A stretch of 60,841 nt of DNA, filler included, from Nemertoderma westbladi (lineage: Eukaryota > Animalia > Xenacoelomorpha): assembly GCA_032718475.1 (NCBI GenBank). It is 3 parts of 3 records of this genome, joined end to end, with 100 filler letters (N's around TTAATTAATTAA, not from the genome) between each part and the next. Parts side by side here need not be neighbours in the genome. Positions count along the whole stretch, not along the records: positions 1 to 28,439 come from JAUCBJ010007823.1; 2 more parts are not named here. One strand, 5' to 3'. Below are positions 13,805-24,828 of the stretch, in pieces. The notes under the pieces were generated by a model that had not been told where the DNA came from, searched no databases, and saw nothing but the letters and a program-made list of their open reading frames with translations. The number at the start of each line of letters is the position of its first letter. Position 1 is the stretch's first letter. The position numbers and the translations under genes were made by a program.

Positions 13805-14425
13805 TCGGCTCAATCAGTTCGACTCGGCTCAATCAGTTCAACTCGGCTCGATTGGTTCGACTCGGCTGAATCAATCATGGTTCGACTTGGCTTGATTGGT
13901 TCGACATGGCTTGATCGGTTCGATTCAGCTCAATTGGTTCGTCTCCGCTCGATTGGTTCCATCAGGCTCAATCGGTTTGATCTGGCTCGATCAGTTTGAC
14001 TCGGTTCGACTTGGTTCGATCAGTTCGACTCGGCTCCTTAGGTTTGACTCGGCTCGATAGCTTTGACACGGCTCGATAAGTTCGACTCAGCTCGATAGGT
14101 TCGGCTCTATCAGTCCCACTCGACAGGTTCGTTCCAGCTCAATCAGTCCAAGACGGCATGATCCGGCTCAATCAGTTCGACTCTGCTCAATGGGTTCGAC
14201 ACGGCTCAATAGGTTCGACTTGGCTCAATAGGTTCGGCTCGGCTCAAACGGTCCGACTCATCTTGATCTGGCTCAATTGGTGTGACTCGGCTTGATGGGT
14301 TCGACTCGGTTCGATAGGTTCAACTTGGCTCGATAGGTTTGTCTCAGCTCGATAGGTTCAACTCAGCTCGATAGGTTCGACTCGGCTCCATCAGTTCGAC
14401 TCGGCTTGATTGGATCGATACGGCT
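13805..14425. repeat. Degenerate minisatellite of about 20 bp (GTTCGACTCGGCTCGAT...), roughly 30 units, inside element D
   Basis: Direct reading of tandem TTCGACTCGGCTC(A/G)AT(C/A)(A/G)G units. Confidence 0.85.
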
Positions 14426-14709
14426 TTCTTAAATAGCGAAATTTATTACCCTTTTTAATTATTATAATGTATTTGTAATAAATAAAAAAATATATTTTTT
14501 TAAATCTTATTTTATTTTTTTTTTAATTTTAATTTTATTTTTCAATTTATTTTTTTTGCTAATGTCTCGCAACACCGTTTGCGGCTCGGCCCGAGGAATA
14601 ACCATTATGCTAATTGTAAATGCGTCTTGGCTGCTTTTATGGCTCGTCCCAATAGCCACTCTGATCAACTAACAGCATGGGAAATAGCTTACAAATAAAT
14701 CAGGTAATA

Positions 14710-14919
14710 AACACAGTGTATGGATGATAGAAATGAAATAAAATATCGAGGGTCTTTAGCTGGTTTATTATATTAATTAAAGACAGAAAGATAATAGTCT
14801 GATGCAGAAACCGTTGAAAACGTTTACTAGTGTTATCTTTAATTAATATACTATAAACCAGCTAAAGACAGAAAGACCCTCAATATTATATTTGATTTCT
14901 ATCATCCATACACTATGTT
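14710..14919. repeat. Small hairpin-forming inverted repeat (MITE-like) inside element D
   Basis: AACACAGTGTATGGATGATAGAAAT... mirrored by ...ATTTCTATCATCCATACACTATGTT. Confidence 0.7.
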
Positions 14920-16707
14920 ACAGTTGTTTAATGCTTATCACGTAATCCGTTCGTGTAATAAACACAGTTCGTTGAACCTGCCGGCAATATGATATCTATT
15001 GTCAATACATTATTCATATTCAGTAGATAATAGTAGGTAGTTATTCAGTTATTAGTCTGTGATTGGATGGAAGCAAGCAAGATGGAGTTCTAGCTAGGCT
15101 GAATTAAGAAGGCTAATCTACCTATAAGTGGTCTATGGAAATATGTGTCCAGCGTGGATAATTCAACAATAAATATCACTTAAATCATTTCAATCAATTA
15201 AAAACATGCATTCTTAACATTAATTTCTTAAATTAATTAAAGACTTTGATGGAATGGGTTATAGAGATTAGAGACTCTAGCAATTTAATATTTATATAAG
15301 AATAAGTTATTCTTACCATGTAAAATAATTAGTTCCCACTTGTAGAACCGCTAAAAATCAGCTGAAATTAGTATTTTGTGCAAAAAGCCAAAACATGTAA
15401 ATTTCTCGACACCCTTTGGTCTAAGATTTTCAAACTTTTTTTTCACCAACTAGAGAACATTTCATTCGATACCTGTTTCACAGTGTTTCATTAAATGCTC
15501 GTGCGGCCAAGCCATTTTGTGGACAAACAAGGCCCTCCAGCCCGCCACATAGATAGATATATCCCAAATTTCTTTCAGCCTCCAACTTCGTACAAAAAGG
15601 CAGGTTCGTTATTACTTAATACTTTCCATAGCACACACTATTCTCCATTGCCCACTGAGACAGACATTAGGAGAGCCATCCCAGTTAACACATGGACTGT
15701 CATTATATTATTATTATAGTATTATAGTTATAATATTATTATAGTAATATTATATATAGATATAATTGCAATTTGTCTAACAATAAGCACTAAAACGTAG
15801 TATACATTAATTACAATGACAAAGTACGTATAATAACTAACAATAATACAATATGAAATCACCAAATATACTCGCATCGCAAATATATTAAATATTTTAA
15901 TTAATTTGTTACTTTATATAATATTAATTCTAATTAAAATATAAATTACATCAGGAAAATCCATTGAAAAATATAAATAACGACTAGAAAATATACACCG
16001 AATCGGTGTCTGAGTGGAAAAAAAGAGCCGATTCGGTGTATTTTCGAGAAAATTGAATTCCTGAATCGGTGTACTAGAAAATATTGACCCCGAATCGGTG
16101 CTCTGCAGGCTGTATGAAAATATCGCAAGCCCCGATTCGGGGTACAGGGAGTCCTGGATACCCTGATTCGGGGTACAATTTACATTAGATTTTCCGGTAC
16201 AATATTGAAGCCGGAAGATTTCATTATTACTCCAAAGTTTTCTTATTTGTAGAACATATAAATGTATATTCGAATATGTTAAAACGAAATTGCGGAATTA
16301 AAATCTTCACATGCGGAAATTAAGGAGAAAAAATGTCTATGGGAGACCCCAGAATCTGGGCATTACAAAACCCAGAATCAGGGTTTGCCTCTATGCCCCG
16401 ATTCGGGGTATTTTCCCTTACTGCCAATTCCGCGCTGATGAATTGGTTGACCACCCTGACGTCCGTCTCCTTATCTTCCGGGAGGGTCAGCCCCCGAATG
16501 ACAAAATTCTTCTCCCTTTTCTGTTGTTCCCGGAGTTCTATCCCAACGTCGTCAACCGTAATTAGGTTTTCCTGAGGGACAGTTTTTTTCCCGGTTCTTC
16601 CCCTGGTAGCTGGAGGAACCTCCGACTACGGGATTGCCGAATCATCGATTCTAGCCGACAGCTCACTTCTGATGGTCGTTCCGAGGGAACATATATCATC
16701 TTTTAAG

Positions 16708-17138
16708 TAGGGCTCGATCAGAGTTGGGATTTGGCCGGAGCCGGAGCAGGAGCCGGAGTTGGACAATTTGGCCGGAAAGTAAAGTCAGTAAATGGCTGCA
16801 GTGGTACAGTTACAGTGTACAATCATAGCATTTACAACAATTTTTTTACAGTAGGGCCTATCTGTAATAGTCTGCTAGTCAGCCAGCTGGCCAGTACCGG
16901 TACTGCAGTACAGTCAGTCAGTCATTGACTAAGTAAATACTGCAGTATTATGCTTGATAGTGAAGCTGTACTACAGTACTTAGGCCTATAGTGTAAATAA
17001 TTGTTCAGATTAGAATATGTATGAAATATAATACTTTATTAAAAAATTAACTCCGGCAATATTTTTACCGGAGCCGGAGCAGGAGCCGGAGGTGCCAAAA
17101 TGGCCGGAGCCGGAGGCCGGAGCTCCGATCGAGCCCTA
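16708..17138. mobile_element. Element E: hAT MITE (431 bp), relative of B, inserted in CR1 ORF1
   Basis: TIR TAGGGCTCGATC / GATCGAGCCCTA; 8-bp TSD CTTTTAAG (16700-16707, 17139-17146); CCGGAG repeats. Confidence 0.92.
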
Positions 17139-19561
17139 CTTTTAAGGTTGTCTGCATACGCGATAATAATTCCCCCATAGAAGTCGAGGATTCCGATTCA
17201 ACCGAAAGCTTACCCTTTGATTCGCATCCCGAGCACACGATTTTACAGTATTTACATTTCGCCAAAACTTTTAATTCAGCGACAGATATATTAAGGCACT
17301 CTGTGTGGATCCAGGACCCACAGATCTCGCACCCCAAACAGTTATTACCAACTACTGGTTTGCAGCAATGCGGACAGGTGTTGGTTTTGGAGCAACCCAT
17401 ATTATGATCTTCAAAAGCCTTTTTATCGACAAACAAGGCCGAACAGGAGTCACAGTTGAAAAGTTTCGACATATCAATCGATCTTGATTTGCGACGATCC
17501 GCCATAACCATTATATATCAAATACCAATATAATTTACAATTCAGTGTTAGGAGTTCAGTACCGGTATGCAATCGGTACATTCAGTTCAAACACGTATAG
17601 AAGATAATTTTATTATTTTTGTATTTCTATCTACGGTATATATATACGGTATATATACGGCCTTATATATACGGTCATTCGGGTACTGCCTGACAGCTGG
17701 ACAGCCTGGCTGATGTACTAGCTAACTGGCAGACTGGATTGGAATGGATAATTCTGTTACTGCAGTACTGGTAGCAATTAAAGTTAGGTCTTGTAGTCTT
17801 GGGTAAGTGGAAGACTGTCAGACTCATAGGCCTACAGCTGTACAGCGAAAGACAGTCAGACAACAGGACAATGCAACAGCAATAGGAATAGGCAGATAGG
17901 CCTACAGTGTTTAGCCTACGGCCATACCGTAATACATTCGGCAGTACAGTCTGCCAGTACACGTTGATCAGTTCGCAGACAGACGTCCGGTGTCTGGCTG
18001 TATGTTTGCCTTGCCTATCCATGTAGCTATGCATCGTGCAGCACAAATACTTTTTGCCGGAGCTCCTGCACCTAATTTGACCGGAGCCGGACCGGAGCCG
18101 GACATGCCAAGTCCGGCCGGAGCCGGAGCTCCGGTCGAACCCTACTGTACTGCCGTAATACAGTTGGCAGTACAGTCTGCCAGTAGACATTGATCAGTTC
18201 GCAGACGGACGTCCGGTGTCTGGCTGTATGTTTGCCTTGCCTATCCATGTAGCTATGCATCATGCAGTACAAATACTTTCTGCCGGAGCTCCTACACCTA
18301 ATTTGACCGGAGCCGGACCGGAGCCGGACATGCCAAGTCCGGCCGGAGCCGGAGCTCCGGTCGAACCCTACTTATTATGTGGAGACCCCAACACGTTAAT
18401 CAGTTAATCCCGTTTCATTATCCATCCGATTTCAAATACCCTCCCTGATGTATGGAAAAATTAGAAGAGATGGTGGTAGCATCAACTTGTAGTATTTCTT
18501 TCTGATAGGGCTCCCATAAGCTTAGACGAAATCGTAGCGTGTACCGGTACTGTAGTAAGCCCTAGCAGCAGCTGCAGTTGGCAAACCTGGCATTGCTACC
18601 AGTTTCCACCAAATATAATTTGTAATTAAATATTTCTTGTAGCATAATCTAATCTAGTCCTAAAGACTCTAAAGTCCTGGGTACATAAGGCTGTAAGGTT
18701 AGACATAACATGAATGTAAACTAAACAATATGCTAAAAGTAAATTACAAAGTACCTAGAATGCTAGAATGTACCATTATATTCTAAGTACAGTTACATTG
18801 AAGATACATACAGAGAGCTGCAAAGGTAACTTTCCATAACTTAATAGCTGTCTGGCTGTCTCTCATCTGTTATGCTTCATGTACATTTAAGTTAGATTCT
18901 CAATGTCGTGTCCAAAATTGGACGTAAAGTCCAATATTGGACTTTTGTAAAAATTCAAAGCCTTATAAAAAAAAAAGTTCCCCCTGGTGAATTTCAGGTC
19001 CCCCTGTTCAAAACTCTTATTTTTTGATATATTTTCGATTAAAAGAAAAAAATCCCGCCCGATCCAATTACCGAAGGCCCTGGAACAATTGGCTGATTTG
19101 AAGTCCAATATTGGACTCACAGAAGTCCAATTTTGGACTTGAACTGGAGTCGAAGTCCAATTTTGGACTCAAGTCCAATTTTTGACTTCTCACCGACTGA
19201 CAGTAGGCCTATCTGCCTATTACAGTATTACTTCTGTCAGTCTGTACTTATTAGTCAGATTGTCAGATAGTAGGTCAACGGGTCAACCGAGTGCCAGACT
19301 GTTTTTAAATACAGATGTGATTAAATTGCGAGCAGGCTGGCAGGCGAGCGTAGCGAGCTAGAAAATTTTAACATTTGTAGTAGGCCAACCAGCCTACCAA
19401 CCTGCCAACTGCAACTGTTTTTAAATACAGAATGTAATTTTGGATTAAATTAAGACAGTAAGAGCGTAGCGAGCATGAGAATGTCAGAATGTGGTTTTAT
19501 ATTGCTCTGTTGCTGTATTGGTTTGATTTGAACAATTGAAACAACTCATGCTGTCATGTAG

Positions 19562-22033
19562 GGGTAATTCCATCCAAATTCGACCAATCGCGGTGGCATG
19601 GGGTCATAAATTTCGTTTATTTTTGGATATATGGTCGGAAATGGTATAAAATGACACCTCATGAAATATTTCTGATGATGGTATATTGGTTTTCGAGATA
19701 TTGCAGTTCGAAGTTTGCGATTTATTCGAACATATTCCCAATGAAACCTACAGAAAATCTTTCTGACCGGTGGGTGGAGTGTCATTTTATGTTTATTGTA
19801 CACATAAATAGGTCTCATACACATTAAAACCTTGAATAAATACCACCCACTTGTCAGACCAACTTTTCTATGTGGCCAAAGATTGGACTTTTCGACAAAT
19901 TTTGTCTTTCTGAGGCTTGAGTTAGAGTGGTCTGAATAGTGGGTAGCCCAAAACATTTAGTAAATAGTTAGATATACCAAAGGGGTTTCTGTGGTACAAT
20001 TTTCATGTACCACCATCAAGTCAGACTTCCATACCACCATCTGGAAAATTGAAACTTTCCAAAATTGCCATACTTCAGAACATCACTGCAAGAGTCTGAT
20101 AAAAGATGGGTGCTTGAACCTTGAAATGAATCATGAGTAGTAACATGGATAAGGGAAACATGCATGACAAGTTTCGGATCCCACCCATGCCTTCTTCAGT
20201 ATATATTATTCAATTTAAAAGTTCAATTTTCAAAATTAATCGTCAGATTAAATACTTTAGAACCAAGGTCTGCTTACGAGGTTGTTCTCATAACCAGCAC
20301 ACATTAAGTATTTAAATGTTTTAGACACAATAAAAGCTGTTTTTTTCCCCACCCACTTGGCAGATATTTTATGTGTAACAAACAAAGGTAAATAATTTTA
20401 ACATATTATTGACTAATTTCAATACCCAATGAGTTACATACCTTCTGATACTATTAATTATTATATCATAATAGAAATAAAAGCTGTTTGAAGTTCCTTT
20501 ATGCAATTCCTTTATGAACAGTGATCGCAGACAATGATCTGATGATGATATAACGAGCCACTCCACCAAGATGAATCTCCGGTGTCAAGAAGTGGTGTCA
20601 CGTGTGGCAGGGACGCGGTCATACCATAGATATGATATTACTGCTGATGGGAAGCTGGAATGCCGAACTTTATCATCTTCTACAACGAAGAAAGTAAAGG
20701 CAGTTCAACGCAAGGTTGCTGTTGTCCCTTGTGTTGATGTTCCTACTGATCAGACAGATGAGGATGAGAATATCTGCTACAAGTGTAAAAAAACTTTGGG
20801 CCAGTGATACAAAAAAAATCAGAAGATTTGGGTGGTGTGCGATAAATACTGAAATAGTGGTCATGCACCAGCTGCCTGCCAGTTAATTTCGATTACGATG
20901 CAGAATTTGTCTGCGATCACTGTTCATAAAGGAATTGCATGATCTACAATACTGCTATACTCAATAATTGATCTATTATCTTTTCTACCATAATAACTAT
21001 ATTAATTATCACTGACTTGCCTCATCATAATGAACATACTGTATTACGTTCCATTCCCTGCTGCCCTTGGCCGGGATTAGGGAATTATATAGATGAACTT
21101 CAAACAGCTTTTATTTCTATTATGATATAATAATTAATAGTATCAGAAGGTATGTAACTCATTGGGTATTGAAATTAGTCAATAATATGTTAAAATTATT
21201 TACCTTTGTTTGTTACACATAAAATATCTGACAAGTGGGTGGTGAAAAAAACAGCCTTTATTGTGTCTAAAACATTTAAATACTTAATGTATGCTGGTTA
21301 TGAGAGCAACCTCGTAAGCAGACCTTGGTTCTAAAGTATTTAATCTGACGATTAATTTTGAAAATTGAACTTTGAAATTGAATAATATATAGGGCAGTAG
21401 GGGGCCTACTGAAGAAGGCATGGGTGGGATCCGAAACTTGTCATGCATGTTTCCCTTATCCATGTTACTACTCATGATTCATTTCAAGCACCCATCTTTT
21501 ATCAGACGCTTGCAGTTCCGAAGTATGGCAACTTTGGAAAGTTTCAATTTTCCAGATGGTGGTATGGAAGTCTGACTTGCTGGTGGTACATGAAAATTGT
21601 ACCACAGAACCCCTTTGGTATATCTAACTATTTATTAAATGTTTTGGGCTACCCACTATTCAGACCACTCTAACTCAAGCCTCAGAAACACAAAATTTGT
21701 CAAAAAGTCCAATCTTTAGCCACATAGAAAAGTTGGTCTGACAAGTGGGTGGTATTTATTCATGGTTTTAATGTGTATGAGACCTATTTATGTGTACAAT
21801 AAACATAAAATGACACTCCACCCACTAGTCAGAAAGATTTTCTGTAGGTTTCATTGGGGATATGTTCGAATAAATCGCAAACTTTGAACTGCAATATCTC
21901 GAAAACCAATACACCATCATCAGAAATATTTCATCAGGTGTCATTTTATACCATTTCCGACCATACATCCAAAAATAAACGAAATTGATGACCCCATGCC
22001 ACCGCGATTGGTCGAATTTGGATGGAATTACCC
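19562..22033. mobile_element. Sola2-like foldback transposon with inverted arms of about 1 kb
   Basis: GGGTAATTCCATCCAAATTCGACC termini; 4-bp TSD GTAG (19558-19561, 22034-22037). The centre encodes VAGTRSYH and a broken PHD finger (CYKC..WVVCDK..WSCTSC..FVCDHC). GRG ends, 4-bp TSD and long TIRs match Sola2. Confidence 0.75.
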
Positions 22034-22804
22034 GTAGGTCTGTAGGTAGGCCTATGTTAATAAACAGATACAGAAGCCTAATCTGCTAATACCTGAATAG
22101 GGATATTGAAATAATGACAGAATGGATATGAGGGAGGATATTTGCTATTATTTGTCTTTGTAAGTTTGTCAACTCAGCAACTCGTCAGCTCGTTACGAAC
22201 TGGATCTCTGGATCTTGCTGACCCCGTCTCTGTTTCAGTGTTTGTATCAATATTTTAAAAATTTTGTTACAGAATTATATAGCCTACTGGAACTGGAGTG
22301 GAGTGCGAGTGGATATACATTACATACAGATATTGCTGTATATGGTATAGAGCTATTATATTACTCATTACTGTAGGCCGCCCTATTACAGTATTACCTA
22401 TTATTATATTTACCGGTACCGGTACTGTATCAGTTTAGAATGTTTAGTTGATGCTGTCGCTATCAGGCTCTAGGCATGATATGCCTGTTATGATTATTGT
22501 CGATTGTGAGAATTATAATTAATAAACCTATCATTATTTGAAGAAATGCACCTGCGAAAACTTAACCGACATATGATTAGATCATGATGGATGTACCTAT
22601 ACAGTAAATTTATTTGAAGAGTTATGATTTGTAAATTATCCCTTCTTACAATCGTCATGTTACTGAGGACGGCCGTGTTTAACACAATCGATCTACATCG
22701 TTAATTTACTACCCTCATTAATGTTATTTTCGTTCACATATATATTAAAAATTAAAACATGTTTTATTTATCATTTTATTTATTGGAGGATATGTTTTGA
22801 TTAA

Positions 22805-22939
<135 letters not shown>

Positions 22940-24390
22940 TAATTTATTGATTACTTTTTCATAGTCTATTTAATGAGTCTAGCGCCACCCGCGACTTGAT
23001 AACAATTCAAAGTACCGGCTGACAGGTACCAGTATTAATTACCGGTAGTTTGTTAGCTGCAGGATCAGTTAGTAGGCTATCTAACATTATAGTTACAGCT
23101 ACTGTACCAGTATCGCTAGAATACGATTTTGTTAATGGTTTACTGGTTTAGCCCAGGCCGTTATCATTAATTAACTATACAGTATATACATACATACTAC
23201 AGATGCCGATATTTACTTAGGCTATCCCAAAACAATATATAGAATTGGCTCCAACCACACATATTGATATATTTGATATTGGATATCGAGTATTTTTTAC
23301 ATTATAAGCCGATTTTATTATGATTCCCATGCCGACCACAGCGACCCCTATCACACCGGACTGTTTCCTAACCGCACTACCTCCTCACATGAACTCCGAC
23401 CACCTAGACAGAGGAACACGACCGCATAAGCGCAAATTGCAACCTCCCATTGGGCAGGTGTACCTAATCCTCCTCATCGTTTCTCGCCCAGCCATGGCCA
23501 CATGTTGCTCATTATGTCGGTCTTTGCGTACCGAACTCAGTCAGTAGTTCTGAAATGGCACTGCGTCGGGTTTCACAAACGGACATTTTCTAGCGCGCTC
23601 ACTCTTCCATGATGCAATCTTCTTATCGAGCGGATTGTGTATAGTCGCGTCTAGGCTTGTGATCGCAATGTCATTCGACCAAACCTGTTGGCGATCACCT
23701 CACATCCCCGTCGTACACCTTGCGCAATGCGCAGTTCGGCTGAGGCTCGACTGAAATAAATTTGAAAATATAGGCCTAAATTATAGGGGCCTACTGGTAC
23801 GGTATCTGATTTTATTTTTCTGGGTATAATTGCTTTGGGGATCGTTGTATGAAACACTTTTTATATATCTGTATATAATATTTTGCTTATTTTATGAAAC
23901 ACAATTTTTTTTCATAAACATTCTTTTTTCATAAATAAGTAACACACGTCATAAACCAATTTAGGGAAAGGAGCAGGTTATAAAGGCAGGCTTTTCTAAC
24001 CAAAACAATAAACAACCACTTTACCAATTGACCGAAACAATATGGTCAGAGAGTCACTATTCCCACTCTATAACCAACAAATAATCAGGCAAACAAGCAA
24101 TAGGTACCGGTACGCAGCTGTAGAATGACAATTAGAAACGGTTGAAACAACGGTCCCCAAAGTAACAATCCCTATTTTTCTTGTTATACAATAATTATAT
24201 ACATACAACAAACAAGCTGTAGTAAGTATATCTATTTATAGTACCGTACCGGTATCCTATAAGCTGTAATTGTGTTAGTACTTACGTGTTCGGGGTTGAT
24301 AATCCGATACGTACGGTACATGATACCGGTATTATTTTTTATGTGCCCCAATGCAAGATATCATGCTATTATATAATTAATGTCATTTAG

Positions 24391-24514
24391 ATTGGAGGGC
24401 GGGACCTAGATGCCATCGGTGTAGAGACTCCGGAGCATAGACGTGATCTTCTCTCGGCCGTGATTCGGTTGCGAGATAGTTCAGATGATTCTATATACTT
24501 TACCTTGGACCCCG
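24391..24514 (+). CDS. SAMD5: SAMD5-like, exon 2
   Basis: TTTAG| [41 protein letters not shown] |GTAGGT; completes the SAM domain and has the YFTL.P motif; splice phases are consistent. Confidence 0.9.
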
Positions 24515-24625
24515 GTAGGTTGCCATGACTTTGTTCTCTCTTCTATAATTTGTTAACCAGTTCTAGATTTGGTTTGAAATACTCGACTATGTACTATTTA
24601 TTTATATAACTCATCATGGTTTCAG

Positions 24626-24828
24626 GTCTGGATTATGCCCTACAATCTCCGTCTGGAGGTATTGTGGAGCTGAATAGCAGTCAGATTGGGAACTGTAACG
24701 CTAAACCGAAAGGCGGGAAGAAACATCGTCAATCGTTGTCTAGTGGTAAACTGCGATGGGAAGTTATGGAACGGCTAGATAGGGATGGGTACTTGGGCAT
24801 CCTTAATCGCCCACCTTACACTGTAACG
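24626..24828 (+). CDS. SAMD5: SAMD5-like, exon 3
   Basis: TTCAG| GLDY..KLRWEVMERLDRDGYLGILNRPPYTVT |GTAAGT; resembles SAMD5 KLK.MIRDKLVRDGI.LSKPPY. Confidence 0.82.

Larger units (their letters stand above)
13017..16423. mobile_element. Element D: non-autonomous TIR transposon with CAGT termini and a 5-bp TSD
   Basis: TIR CAGTAAGGGAAAATACCCCGAAT / ATTCGGGGTATTTTCCCTTACTG. TSD CCAAT (13012-13016, 16424-16428), supported by restoration of the LINE ORF1 frame. Many ACCCCGAATCGG subterminal repeats in both orientations. Confidence 0.92.
12611..17511 (-). pseudogene. CR1 ORF1 (C2H2-like finger, PHD finger, NFVIRGL domain) split by two DNA transposons
   Basis: CPHCCKPV..CLGCEICGSWIHTECL..CSGC PHD. 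Removing D, E and one copy of each TSD gives a single frame (..TTLK|DDICS..REKNFVIRGL..SAELG|IIEGC..IFIDNDLTKLQ) with one TAG near 16627. Confidence 0.85.
9287..17630 (-). mobile_element. Full-length CR1-clade LINE inserted in B2, itself interrupted by elements D and E
   Basis: ORF1 (C2H2-like + PHD), ORF2 (APE endonuclease + RT), 3'UTR and an (AATA)n-type tail near 9287-9320. It interrupts B2 at a TA-rich site that is intact in B1. Both ends are approximate. Confidence 0.88.
6110..18144. mobile_element. Element B2: second copy of the same hAT MITE, inserted inside B1
   Basis: Same TIRs; 8-bp TSD CTGTACTG (6102-6109, 18145-18152). Segments 9012-9285 and 17665-17930 align to B1 5545-6100. Confidence 0.9.
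5504..18370. mobile_element. Element B1: hAT-type MITE (about 0.83 kb of own sequence)
   Basis: TIR TAGGGTTCGACCGGAGC / GCTCCGGTCGAACCCTA; 8-bp TSD CTTATTAT (5496-5503, 18371-18378); CCGGAG subterminal repeats. Confidence 0.9.
4454..19199. mobile_element. Element A: non-autonomous TIR DNA transposon with CAGT termini and a 5-bp TSD; outermost shell of the nest
   Basis: TIR CAGTCGGTGAGAAGTCAAAAATTGGACT at 4454 with its reverse complement ending at 19199. ACAGT flanks both sides (4449-4453, 19200-19204). Palindromic subterminal repeats AAGTCCAATTTTGGACT at both ends. Confidence 0.75.
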
